Assembly: GCA_963666425.2 (NCBI GenBank)
Contig: CAXXTX010000013.1
Span: 1-21,972, forward strand
Direction: 5' to 3'
Source of the DNA: Bacillota bacterium
GTDB taxonomy: Bacteria > Bacillota > JAAYKD01
DNA length: 21,972 nt
Notes under the pieces: generated by a model
The model's database searches: none
The model's input: only the letters and a program-made list of their open reading frames with translations
Told to the model about the DNA's origin: nothing
Shown: positions 9,625 through 17,944 of the stretch, piece by piece
Layout: each line of letters starts with the position of its first letter
Position numbering within the stretch: position 1 is the first letter of the stretch
Program-made: the position numbers and the translations under genes

Positions 9625-9810
9625 TTCAGTTTCCGGTCATGGTTTATCTGGCCCGACGGATCGCATTTGGACGATCTGGAACAGCCAGGCCCCGGAAAAA
9701 ACGATGACTTTGCTTGTTTTACGCATTAATTGCCGGTATCTTATTGATATTTCCTGCCTTTGCTTATTTTGTTTAAAGTGTTCAAGTTCAGGCAGGATAA
9801 ACAGCAATAA
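9625..9810 (+). pseudogene. 3' remnant of a cytochrome bd oxidase subunit II (CydB)-like gene, cut by the IS
   Basis: Across indels it reads QFPVMVYL.DGSHL.IWNSQAPEKTMTLLV.ALIAGILLIFPAFAYLFKVFKFRQDKQQ*, resembling the CydB ending (YP..., 'AP..TL', last TM helix, LF.VFK). Confidence 0.6.
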
Positions 9811-9851
9811 ATCACAGTTTTATTAAAATAACGAGTTTAAAAGCTTGACCT

Positions 9852-10038
9852 ATGAAAGACAAAAAGAATAAAATTGCCGGGGATCGCACAAGCGGAAAAG
9901 GCAAAGCATGAAGATGATAAGAATGAGTTATCGTCAGAAGAGGTTTCAAAAATGAAAATAGCCGTCAAAAACCTATCAGGAACCGGAGCGATCTTATTTT
10001 TCTTCGCCGTGTATGCTGTCAGAAATGGAGGATACTGA
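9852..10038 (+). CDS. Possible small membrane protein; frameshifted
   Basis: ATG at 9852. A second frame ends ...EVSKMKIAVKNLSGTGAILFFFAVYAVRNGGY*. Confidence 0.25.
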
Positions 10039-10130
10039 GGATACTTTTAACTTCTAAAAGTTAGGTCCGATCTATTAATATTGTTATACTGCGTCAGACT
10101 TTCTTTAGAGGAACTTTTCTAAGAAATCAA

Positions 10131-10589
10131 TCAGAAATAACCATAATCGTGTTTATCGACATAGTAATTTCCATTTGCTTCCGGTTGAAATATCACGTCG
10201 GTGATTTTGATGTGGTTCTCATTTTTCCAAGTCTTGTACACTACTTCACCTCCGACTTTTTCGGAGAAAATAGCTGTCCCCAAAGCAGAAAAAATAGAAA
10301 TCTTGCTTTCCTTTATATTTTCAAATTCAGGAAATACAAGTTTTATGGTAAATGTGGTATTTGTATTGCAACGTTGAAGCTCTACAAAAGAGTTCATTGT
10401 AACAATATCTCGCGGCACATCCTGAGGATTTACCTTATATGCTGACGAGATTTTCCTTTTTAATAATTGTATCTCATCAAATCTGGTTGTGTGCCGACTT
10501 TCAACAGCTCGAATGCATTTCCTCAGCAACTCGGAATCTAAAGTTGAGATAATCATCTTATTTGATCTTTGATTATTACACATTTGCAT
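10131..10589 (-). CDS. Rnk / GreA-GreB family protein (paralogue 3)
   Basis: IIISTLD-like N-terminus, DIVTMNS, KLVFP, ISIFSALGTAIF and VIFQPEANG. Confidence 0.85.
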   Translation of the reverse strand: MQMCNNQRSNKMIISTLDSELLRKCIRAVESRHTTRFDEIQLLKRKISSAYKVNPQDVPRDIVTMNSFVELQRCNTNTTFTIKLVFPEFENIKESKISIFSALGTAIFSEKVGGEVVYKTWKNENHIKITDVIFQPEANGNYYVDKHDYGYF

Positions 10590-10596
10590 TATACAA

Positions 10597-10636
10597 ATCC
10601 GCTGGCCTAACTGGAGATTCCAATCAGCCAGCGGAT
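10597..10636. terminator. GC-rich hairpin between the small basic ORF and the last rnk-like gene
   Basis: ATCCGCTGGC ... GCCAGCGGAT 10-bp stem with an inner TGGA/TCCA pair; only a short U tract follows on the minus strand. Confidence 0.5.
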
Positions 10637-10669
10637 GGTTAAATCTTCAGGCAAGCTAATAGCTTTGGA

Positions 10670-10792
10670 TCAGTTCAATTGTAATTTTTTACGCTTCGAC
10701 ATTTTTAGCTCTTCTTTCTTTGTTCTTTTCTCCAGCCGCTTCTCTTTAAGATTCTTACTGGGCTCTTTTAAGCCATTTCCTTTTTTTGCCAT
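10670..10792 (-). CDS. Small Lys/Arg-rich protein (40 aa), not in the ORF track
   Basis: MAKKGNGLKEPSKNLKEKRLEKRTKKEELKMSKRKKLQLN*, with an A-rich 5' context (AAAACTATG) and co-oriented with the rnk genes. Confidence 0.6.
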   Translation of the reverse strand: MAKKGNGLKEPSKNLKEKRLEKRTKKEELKMSKRKKLQLN

Positions 10793-10845
10793 AGTTTTCA
10801 TTTTAGAGTTAGACAAGAATATGACGACAACAAACGATTCGAAAG

Positions 10846-11259
10846 CTAAACATCAAAAACCCCATTTGCTTCGGGTTGATAAATAATGCTTTTAATTCTA
10901 ATTCTTTTTTCGCCCAAAGGGGCATCAAACTTTATGATGCTTCCAACCCTGTAACCCAATAGCGCGCTACCTAAAAGTGAGAGAATGGAAATATTTCCCT
11001 TTCTAAAATCGGCATCTTTTGGATATACAAGCTTTATGGTCATTACTTTCCCGTTATCTAAATCAATTACCTCAACTTGAGAGTTCATAGTTACAAAGTC
11101 AGGTTCAATTTCTTTCGGATTTACCCTTTCCGCCCGGGCAATTTCCTCGCATAAAATGGTTAGATTACTGAGCTCTTCATTTTTAGCTTTCTTAATCGAA
11201 CCAATCAGATTGCCTAATCTAACATAGTCGTAATCAGTAATAATAATGTTCCTTTTCAT
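10846..11259 (-). CDS. rnk: Regulator of nucleoside diphosphate kinase (Rnk); most canonical copy
   Basis: IIITDYDYVRL, EEIARAERV, FVTMNS, KLVYP, ISILSLLGSALLGYRVG and IIYQPEANG; 137 aa. Confidence 0.9.
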   Translation of the reverse strand: MKRNIIITDYDYVRLGNLIGSIKKAKNEELSNLTILCEEIARAERVNPKEIEPDFVTMNSQVEVIDLDNGKVMTIKLVYPKDADFRKGNISILSLLGSALLGYRVGSIIKFDAPLGEKRIRIKSIIYQPEANGVFDV

Positions 11260-11314
11260 ATCTATTTGCTTTAATTTTTTTCTGAATTGAATAACTATTT
11301 TTTCTGTGATCTCT

Positions 11315-11734
11315 TTAATGTGAAATAATTTTTTCTATTCTGAGTTGTTTTACTTTTTCTCCATCCAAGTAAGTTACAATATCTTGTTCTTGATGTCCCA
11401 AACAAACTAATCCCAGCAAGCTATAAATTGAATAATCATCGTTCGATTTCACTTCTCCGGGATATACTATCCGGATTCGTTGTTCTATGAGTTCTGAATT
11501 GGTTATCAATACAGTCGAATTCATCCTGACAAAATTTTCAGGAATTTGATTTGATGCAAATTTGACACTAAAGGTCAAAGCCAGAAAAAGATAATGTAAT
11601 CGCTTTGGATAAACCTCATCTTTTCCAACATCAGTCTTTATCATATCCATTAGCCTAAAGTAATCAGAATAGGTTACCGACTTATTTTGAGTTTCTTTAA
11701 CCCCAAATTCTTTAAATATTAATAGTTTTAACAT
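11315..11734 (-). CDS. Divergent Rnk / GreA-GreB family protein (paralogue 1); start probably at or near 11734 rather than 11824
   Basis: VTYSDYFRL, FVRMNS, RIVYP and YSIYSLLGLVCLG; lacks the YQPE tail. Confidence 0.75.
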   Translation of the reverse strand: MLKLLIFKEFGVKETQNKSVTYSDYFRLMDMIKTDVGKDEVYPKRLHYLFLALTFSVKFASNQIPENFVRMNSTVLITNSELIEQRIRIVYPGEVKSNDDYSIYSLLGLVCLGHQEQDIVTYLDGEKVKQLRIEKIISH

Positions 11735-11778
11735 ATCTTCAATTTTAAAGAGAATTGTTGGTCTGATTTCTAAATTCG

Positions 11779-11850
11779 TAAAATTAAAATCGCATCCGAT
11801 GTTAATATATCGTATCCGATACAAACATAGTAAATGTTTTTATACTTTTA
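11779..11850. promoter_or_regulatory. Divergent promoter region with two tandem palindromic boxes; candidate MarR-type operator
   Basis: ATCGCATCCGATGT (11789-11802) and ATCGTATCCGATAC (11809-11822), 20 bp apart. They lie between -7-like elements TAATTTTA (minus, 11779-11786) and TACTTTTA (plus, 11843-11850). Confidence 0.55.
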
Positions 11851-11863
11851 CACAAAAAATATA

Positions 11864-12568
11864 ATGATGGGAAATAAGTATGCTGTTCTAAAACAGTTGA
11901 TTGACCTTTATGAAAGTTTTGAACTGGAGAATAATCAATTAGATGTTCTGAATTTTGCCGAGTGGATTGTAAGTAAATCTCACGAAGAACCTGAACTTCA
12001 GGAGAAAATAGCAGATAAAAAAATATCAGCTCGTAATCCGGGAGCTTCAGTCCCTTTTAAAAATCATTTTGATGATAAAATCCGGTTTCTGGAAGCTGCT
12101 GCCGGAATTGCCCGGTATCATGAATCTTACATACGGAAAGCGCTGAAAGATATGGTAATCAATTCTCGTTTGGAATTTCTATTCCTACAGGCAGTTGATA
12201 TGTTGGAAAGAGCAAAGAAAACCGATCTGATCAATATTTATCATCTGGAATATACGACTGGTATGGATACAATCAGGCGTTTGATTAATAACGGTTTACT
12301 ATTCGAGATACAGGATGAAACAGACAAAAGAATTAAACTGCTTATAATGTCTGATCAGGGAAGAGTTGTTTATGAGCAAGCCCAAAAGCGAATAAGTGAT
12401 GAAAGCACTATGTTCTTTACTGCAATAAGTGATAATAAATGGAAGAAAGTTTTGCCAGTTTTGGAAGAAATTGATGATTTCCATAACGAAGTTTTCCAAA
12501 AGCATAACGCAAAACCTTTTGCCGAATTGTCTAATTTAATGGATTCGCTCAAGCATTTGTATAAATAA
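11864..12568 (+). CDS. MarR-family winged-helix regulator with an N-terminal extension
   Basis: EFLFL...KKTDLI...EYTTGMDTIRRLINNGLL...DETDKRIKLLIMSDQGR (MarR wing DKR). The likely start is ATG 11864 or 11867. Confidence 0.85.
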   Translation: MMGNKYAVLKQLIDLYESFELENNQLDVLNFAEWIVSKSHEEPELQEKIADKKISARNPGASVPFKNHFDDKIRFLEAAAGIARYHESYIRKALKDMVINSRLEFLFLQAVDMLERAKKTDLINIYHLEYTTGMDTIRRLINNGLLFEIQDETDKRIKLLIMSDQGRVVYEQAQKRISDESTMFFTAISDNKWKKVLPVLEEIDDFHNEVFQKHNAKPFAELSNLMDSLKHLYK

Positions 12569-12637
12569 AACCTTAAAATGGGAATCACATTTCGAAATAT
12601 CAGCAGGCCGAACAATCCGAAACCCGGTTAATTGTTA

Positions 12638-12653
12638 TTCCGTTTTTCACGTA
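12638..12653 (-). promoter_or_regulatory. Copy 1 of a 16-bp motif (TACGTGAAAAACGGAA) upstream of the NfnA-like gene
   Basis: 14/16 identical to 18678-18693. Confidence 0.5.
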
Positions 12654-12737
12654 CATGATTCACTTAATTCTGCCAACGGTTTTTTTTCTGTGTTTGATTC
12701 AATCTATCTTGAAAAACTTTTTAAAATCCGAAATAAA

Positions 12738-13565
12738 ATGAATTTAATCATAGCTAAGAAAATCATATCAGCCAATGTGGCGAATCTTGAAATTAGGACT
12801 TCGACCGTTTTAAGCGACATCAGGCCGGGTCGATATATTTCGATTATCATAGAAAAAGATAAACCTGGCATTCCCGCAGCAGTTCTGAAATTCAATCAGG
12901 AAAATGGCACAATTACAGTATTAGTTTTTGTTGCAGATAAATACACCCAACAATTAGCTGAATTGAATTTCGGAAGCGAAATTTTCAGGATCAATGGCCC
13001 TTTTGGTTATCCCATGCTAATTGAAAATTTTGGTACGGTTTTATGTGTTAGCGACGGACCCGGTGCAGTTATGCTTTTACCTGCTTTAGCTTCACTTCGA
13101 TCGGCAGGAAATCGAATCATTACCATTCTTACGGCTCGAACTTTGGATGACATCTTGCTCGAAAACGAGCTTCGGGCTATCTCGGACGAAGTAATTGTAA
13201 TTACCGAAAGCGAAGATAGTGGAAGAAAAGTCGCTGTTTGTAAGATAATTACACAAATCCTTAGAGGCAACAAAGTCGATCATGCATTAGTAATCGGTTC
13301 GGCTACCACGATCAAGAATACATGTGTACATGCCCGCAAATACAACATTCCGATCCAGGCAATTCTATATTTGAACAAAACTGTGCAAAGCACAGGTCAT
13401 GGTATTTATAAGGTAAGTGTTTCTAGCACAGACAATGCAGTTTGTGTGGATGGGTTCGACTTTAACGCATGGTATCCAAATCTGGAAGAAATGGTCAAAA
13501 GGTTTGGATGCGAGGAGGATATTCCTTGCAATACAACTGGCAACAACGTAAAAATTCTCGTTTAA
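12738..13565 (+). CDS. Degenerate NfnA/SudB/PyrK-like (ferredoxin-NAD(P) reductase fold) protein
   Basis: Collinear with the family (IRPGRYI, GTITVLV, GPFGYP..IENFGTVLCV, AGNRIITIL.AR, CVDG.DF), but the cofactor motifs are altered. Confidence 0.8.
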   Translation: MNLIIAKKIISANVANLEIRTSTVLSDIRPGRYISIIIEKDKPGIPAAVLKFNQENGTITVLVFVADKYTQQLAELNFGSEIFRINGPFGYPMLIENFGTVLCVSDGPGAVMLLPALASLRSAGNRIITILTARTLDDILLENELRAISDEVIVITESEDSGRKVAVCKIITQILRGNKVDHALVIGSATTIKNTCVHARKYNIPIQAILYLNKTVQSTGHGIYKVSVSSTDNAVCVDGFDFNAWYPNLEEMVKRFGCEEDIPCNTTGNNVKILV

Positions 13566-13726
13566 ACAGCATAGTGAATTTACCTTAAAAGGCGCTGGAT
13601 CGGTCAAATTGAAATTTTGGCTGTTTTCGCGCCTTTTGTAATAAATTAAATCAATTATGTGTTAATTTCGAAAAGCTTCTGAACTTTAACCCAAAAGTTC
13701 AGTAAATTCAGATTTAATCGGAAAAT

Positions 13727-16700
13727 ATGTCTAAAAATTCAGATCCGTTTCTGCCAGGAAGTAAGATTCTTCATCTGAAGGATCTTACTTTCCGGATGAT
13801 TGAAATTCTTGATAAGGAAGAGGATTTAAAACAAGCATTACAAAAAGTTTGTGACGCTATTGCCGGGAATTCCATCCCCTATAATTCTATTTCGGTATGC
13901 ATTTCGTTTGATGGTCAAATCTTTAAAAACCAATCATTCGAGGAAACTTTGGTAACGGTAAAACGCGATTTTGAATTGCCAGATCGTAAAAAGGGAATTG
14001 TCGAACTGTATCTTTCCCATCAAATTATTTCTGGTACGTCTGGATGGGTTATTGAAGTAGCCGAATCGACACTGCAAATGATAACCACTTTGCTCATTGG
14101 AATTATCTCAAAAATCCAACTTGGAACATTGGCCTTTAATATGGGGGAGCGCCAAAAAGAGTTAAAAGGTATAAACCGGACTTCGGAGATCCTTAAGAGT
14201 GGAAAAACGCTCGAAGATTCGTTGCAGGAAATCTGTTCTATTTTGCCTGAATCGTGGCAATTCCCGGAAGAAACTGTTGCCCGGATCAGTTACGATAAAA
14301 ATGTCTTTCTGAGTCCTCATTTCAGGGAAACAACATGGAGAATGGTTCAGGGTTTTGACGCGCCCGGAAGAAAAGAAGGAACGATTGAGATTTTTTACCT
14401 GAAGCAGTTCCCTGATGCCGATGAAGGTCCTTTCTTAAAAGAAGAACGGGAATTGCTCGTTAATCTGGCAAACCTGATTGCAGGATTGGCAACCCATGAG
14501 GTATTCAACAAGCTTCAGCACGAGAACGTGGAACGTTTAAAAGAACTAAAGGCCATCAACCAAACAACCCTTATTATTGACGAAGGCAAATCGGTAGATG
14601 AAACTTTGATGGAAATATGTGCCATTCTACCTAAGTCGTGGCAATATCCAAAATATACGGTGGCACGCATCCGGTTTGAAGGGAAATATTATATGAGTCC
14701 CAATTTTACAGAAACAGCCTGGTTGCAAACCGAGAGTTTTGTGACCATCGACAATAAAAAAGGCTCGATTGAGATTTTTTACCTGAAACAATTTCCGAAA
14801 GAAGACGAAGGGCCTTTTTTGCATGAAGAGCGCAATCTGCTGACGAATATTGCCAGGCTGATCAGTGGATACCTGAATAATTATAAGGGCCGCGAAATCA
14901 TTCACCGGAAAGGGATTCCAGCTCAAGTTATTTATCCTTCCGATGAATTCCGAAACTCGCTGATCAAAGACAAAAAGCCGCTTCAGCTATACTTTAACCA
15001 GCAAGCTATCGATAAGTACGTTTATCTCGACATGATGAAGTACAAAATCAAGCATATCCTTTTTGTAGCCACTTTGTACGATGCTTTTACCCTTGAAAGC
15101 GAAGACTCGTTTTTTGAGAAATTTATGGGGGAAGCTTATCAATACAGCCTGTTTTCAGTTCCACGAATAACAGGGGTATCTACTGCCGAAGAAGCGCTCA
15201 GTTTGCTCGAAACTACTAATTTTGATCTGGTTATCCTAATGGCAGGAATGGATCGTAAAGCACCCATTCTTTTAAGTGAGCAGATTAAAATCAGGAATGA
15301 GGCGCTTCCCATCTATTTGCTCCTGAATAAAAAAAGCGACCTCAAATACTTTGAGGAGTTGGTGCCTACAATTAGGTCGGTTGATAAATTGTTCGTATGG
15401 AATGGCGATTCGCTAATTCTTTTTGCCATCGTAAAGTCAACCGAAGACAAAGTGAATGTTGAAAACGATACTAAGATTGGTTTGGTTCGTGTCATTTTGT
15501 TGATCGAAGATTCGCCACTTTATTATTCCAAATACCTTCAGTTTTTGTACGACATTGTTTTTGGGCAAGTACAACAATTGTTGCCCGAATTTGAGAAGAA
15601 CGAGCTCGATAAGATTTCGAAAATGAGGTCGAGACCCAAAATACTGTTGGCCAGGAATTATGAAGAAGCAATTGCCATTTTTAATAAATACAAAGACTTT
15701 TTACTCTGTGTAATTTCGGATGTAGAATTCGACCGTGGTGGAAAACTGGACAAGCACGCTGGGGTGAGTTTTATTAAATACGTCAAATCGCACATTTCAA
15801 AGCTTCCTATCATTTTGCAATCGTCAGAAATACGCAATGAACAGGTGGCCAGGGATCTTGAAGTAACTTTTATCAATAAAAATTCGGAAACATTACTGAA
15901 CGATCTCAAACATTACCTAACCCGATATTTGGGGTTCGGGAATTTTGTGTTCCGGGATAAAGAGGGGAATAAAATAGGAGTGGCCAAATCGTTGCGCGAG
16001 TTCGAAACCCTGCTTCAGGAAGTTCCCGACGAGTCGCTTTTCCTTCATGCATCTGAAAATCAATTGTCAATATGGCTAATGTCGCGTGGTGAAATTCAAC
16101 TTGCACGAATGCTTAACCCTGTATCGGCCAATACGTTCAAAGACATGGACGAGATGCGGAAGTTTTTTCTGGATAGCATTAAACATTATAGGGAAGATAA
16201 AAAGAAGGGGAAAATCCTGAGTTTTGATGAAACATCAAGTCTTGACGAAAAAAATATCGTGTCTTTCTCCGGAGGTTCGCTCGGAGGAAAGGGGCGTGGC
16301 CTGGCATTTATCAACACGCTGATTTACAATCTCAATTTTCCGACACTCGCCAACCGGATAAATATTCTTGCCCCAATTACGGTGGTGATCGGTACGAATG
16401 AATTTCAGCATTTCATCACGAAAAATAAGTTGTTCGATAAAATTTTAGATCCTGATATTTCGTATGCCGAATTGCGGCGCCATTTTGTGGATGCTCATTT
16501 ATCGATTTCGCTCCTGAAAAAATTACGGGTTTTTGTCTCGCAAATCGACAAACCGATTGCCGTACGGTCATCCAGCTTGTCAGAAGATTCGATCACCCAG
16601 CCATTTGCAGGAGTTTTCGATACCTATATCATTCCGAATTACACTGTCAATAAAAAGATAATCCTTGAACGGCTTTCAACGGCAATCAAACTGGTTTATG

Positions 16701-17944
16701 CTTCCACTTTTTCAGAGAAAGCCCGGAACTATTTCTCGATTATCCATCACAAAATTGAAGAAGAAAAGATGGCAGTCGTGCTTCAGGAGTTGGTTGGGAA
16801 TCAATACGGCGACTTTTATTATCCGCATATCAGCGGGGTTGCTCAGTCGTACAATTATTATCCGGTAGCCAATATGAAACCGGAAGAAGGTTTTGCCGTT
16901 GCAGCAGTTGGCCTGGGAACCTATGTGGTGGATGGGTGGAAATCGTTCCGTTTTTCGCCCAAATATCCCAAAGTTTGCATTCACAGCATTAAAGATTTAC
17001 TGAATAACTCACAGGTACAGTTTTACGCGCTCGACTGCCGGGATAAGAATTTTGATTTTCTGGAAAATGGTGAACTGGCCGCTCTAAAACTAATGGATAT
17101 CAGCGAGGCCGAGAAACATGGAACGCTGAATCACTGTGTTTCGGTGTACAATCCGAATAACGACCGTATTGAACCTGGCTTGAGCGCTTATGGCCCACGA
17201 ATCGTAAATTTTGCCGATATTCTGCTGTACAACTATATCCCGCTGGCCGAAACCATCAGTATTTTGCTGAACACCATTAAAGAAGCTTTTGGTTCTCCAG
17301 TCGAGATTGAATATGCTGTTGACCTTGAACGTACAAAGAACGGTTTGCCAACGTTTTATCTGCTTCAGATTAAACCATTGATAGGCAATCAGATTTTACG
17401 AAATATTGTGATCGATCAGTTGGATCAATCACAAATGGTTTTATATACACGGTCGAGCTTGGGTAATGGCGAAATAAAGGATATCCGGGATGTAATTTAT
17501 GTGGATAACACTACATTCAGCAAACTGAAAACGGTTGAAATGGCAGCCGAAATTGAACAATTGAATAACCAGATGATCAAAAATAAACGACACTATGTTT
17601 TGATCGGACCTGGCCGTTGGGGAAGTCAGGATCGGTTTGTTGGAATTCCGGTAAACTGGTCACAAATATCGAATGCCAAAGTCATCGTGGAAGTAAGCCT
17701 CGGTAATTTTCCGCTGGAATCATCATTAGGGTCGCACTTTTTCCACAATGTAACCTCAATGAATATTGGATACTTTTCGGTTTTGCATTCCTCGCCTACC
17801 GATTTCGTGCGATGGGAAATGTTGAAGAAACTGAAAGTAATAAGTGATACCAAATATTTCAAACACGTTCGTTTTAAAAATCCGCTGACCATTTTAATGG
17901 ACGGAAAGTTAAAGACCTCAGCAATAATTATTAATCATGATTGA
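13727..17944 (+). CDS. Multidomain protein: three GAF-like repeats, receiver-like domain, receiver, PEP synthase/PPDK ATP-grasp domain and a C-terminal His-containing domain
   Basis: ATP-grasp motifs LGGKGRGL, AVRSSSLSED..FAGVFDT, MAVVLQ, VEIEYA and LLQIKP. Receiver motifs LLIED/CVISD/QSS/FINK. C-terminal GPGRWGS...SLGSHFFHN. No PEP-binding TIM barrel. Confidence 0.85.
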   Translation: MSKNSDPFLPGSKILHLKDLTFRMIEILDKEEDLKQALQKVCDAIAGNSIPYNSISVCISFDGQIFKNQSFEETLVTVKRDFELPDRKKGIVELYLSHQIISGTSGWVIEVAESTLQMITTLLIGIISKIQLGTLAFNMGERQKELKGINRTSEILKSGKTLEDSLQEICSILPESWQFPEETVARISYDKNVFLSPHFRETTWRMVQGFDAPGRKEGTIEIFYLKQFPDADEGPFLKEERELLVNLANLIAGLATHEVFNKLQHENVERLKELKAINQTTLIIDEGKSVDETLMEICAILPKSWQYPKYTVARIRFEGKYYMSPNFTETAWLQTESFVTIDNKKGSIEIFYLKQFPKEDEGPFLHEERNLLTNIARLISGYLNNYKGREIIHRKGIPAQVIYPSDEFRNSLIKDKKPLQLYFNQQAIDKYVYLDMMKYKIKHILFVATLYDAFTLESEDSFFEKFMGEAYQYSLFSVPRITGVSTAEEALSLLETTNFDLVILMAGMDRKAPILLSEQIKIRNEALPIYLLLNKKSDLKYFEELVPTIRSVDKLFVWNGDSLILFAIVKSTEDKVNVENDTKIGLVRVILLIEDSPLYYSKYLQFLYDIVFGQVQQLLPEFEKNELDKISKMRSRPKILLARNYEEAIAIFNKYKDFLLCVISDVEFDRGGKLDKHAGVSFIKYVKSHISKLPIILQSSEIRNEQVARDLEVTFINKNSETLLNDLKHYLTRYLGFGNFVFRDKEGNKIGVAKSLREFETLLQEVPDESLFLHASENQLSIWLMSRGEIQLARMLNPVSANTFKDMDEMRKFFLDSIKHYREDKKKGKILSFDETSSLDEKNIVSFSGGSLGGKGRGLAFINTLIYNLNFPTLANRINILAPITVVIGTNEFQHFITKNKLFDKILDPDISYAELRRHFVDAHLSISLLKKLRVFVSQIDKPIAVRSSSLSEDSITQPFAGVFDTYIIPNYTVNKKIILERLSTAIKLVYASTFSEKARNYFSIIHHKIEEEKMAVVLQELVGNQYGDFYYPHISGVAQSYNYYPVANMKPEEGFAVAAVGLGTYVVDGWKSFRFSPKYPKVCIHSIKDLLNNSQVQFYALDCRDKNFDFLENGELAALKLMDISEAEKHGTLNHCVSVYNPNNDRIEPGLSAYGPRIVNFADILLYNYIPLAETISILLNTIKEAFGSPVEIEYAVDLERTKNGLPTFYLLQIKPLIGNQILRNIVIDQLDQSQMVLYTRSSLGNGEIKDIRDVIYVDNTTFSKLKTVEMAAEIEQLNNQMIKNKRHYVLIGPGRWGSQDRFVGIPVNWSQISNAKVIVEVSLGNFPLESSLGSHFFHNVTSMNIGYFSVLHSSPTDFVRWEMLKKLKVISDTKYFKHVRFKNPLTILMDGKLKTSAIIINHD
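14147..14880 (+). repeat. Intragenic tandem duplication of a 128-aa (384-nt) GAF-like unit
   Basis: ER.KELK.IN...LP.SWQ.P..TVARI...IEIFYLKQFP..DEGPFL.EER occurs at 14147 and 14531. The 22-mer CGATTGAGATTTTTTACCTGAA is identical at 14382 and 14766. A third, degenerate copy starts at ~13763. Confidence 0.9.

Noticed and set aside
10635-10886. 83-aa hydrophobic plus-strand ORF
   Set aside because: Antisense to the basic microprotein and the rnk 3' end; its Phe/Ser richness mirrors Lys/Glu codons.
13679-13702. Inverted repeat CTGAACTTT-6-AAAGTTCAG before the large gene
   Set aside because: Real but single and short; operator and 5'-UTR hairpin cannot be distinguished, so no function was assigned.
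13727-17944. Calling this gene ppsA or ppdK
   Set aside because: It lacks the C-terminal PEP/pyruvate-binding barrel and carries sensor and receiver domains instead.
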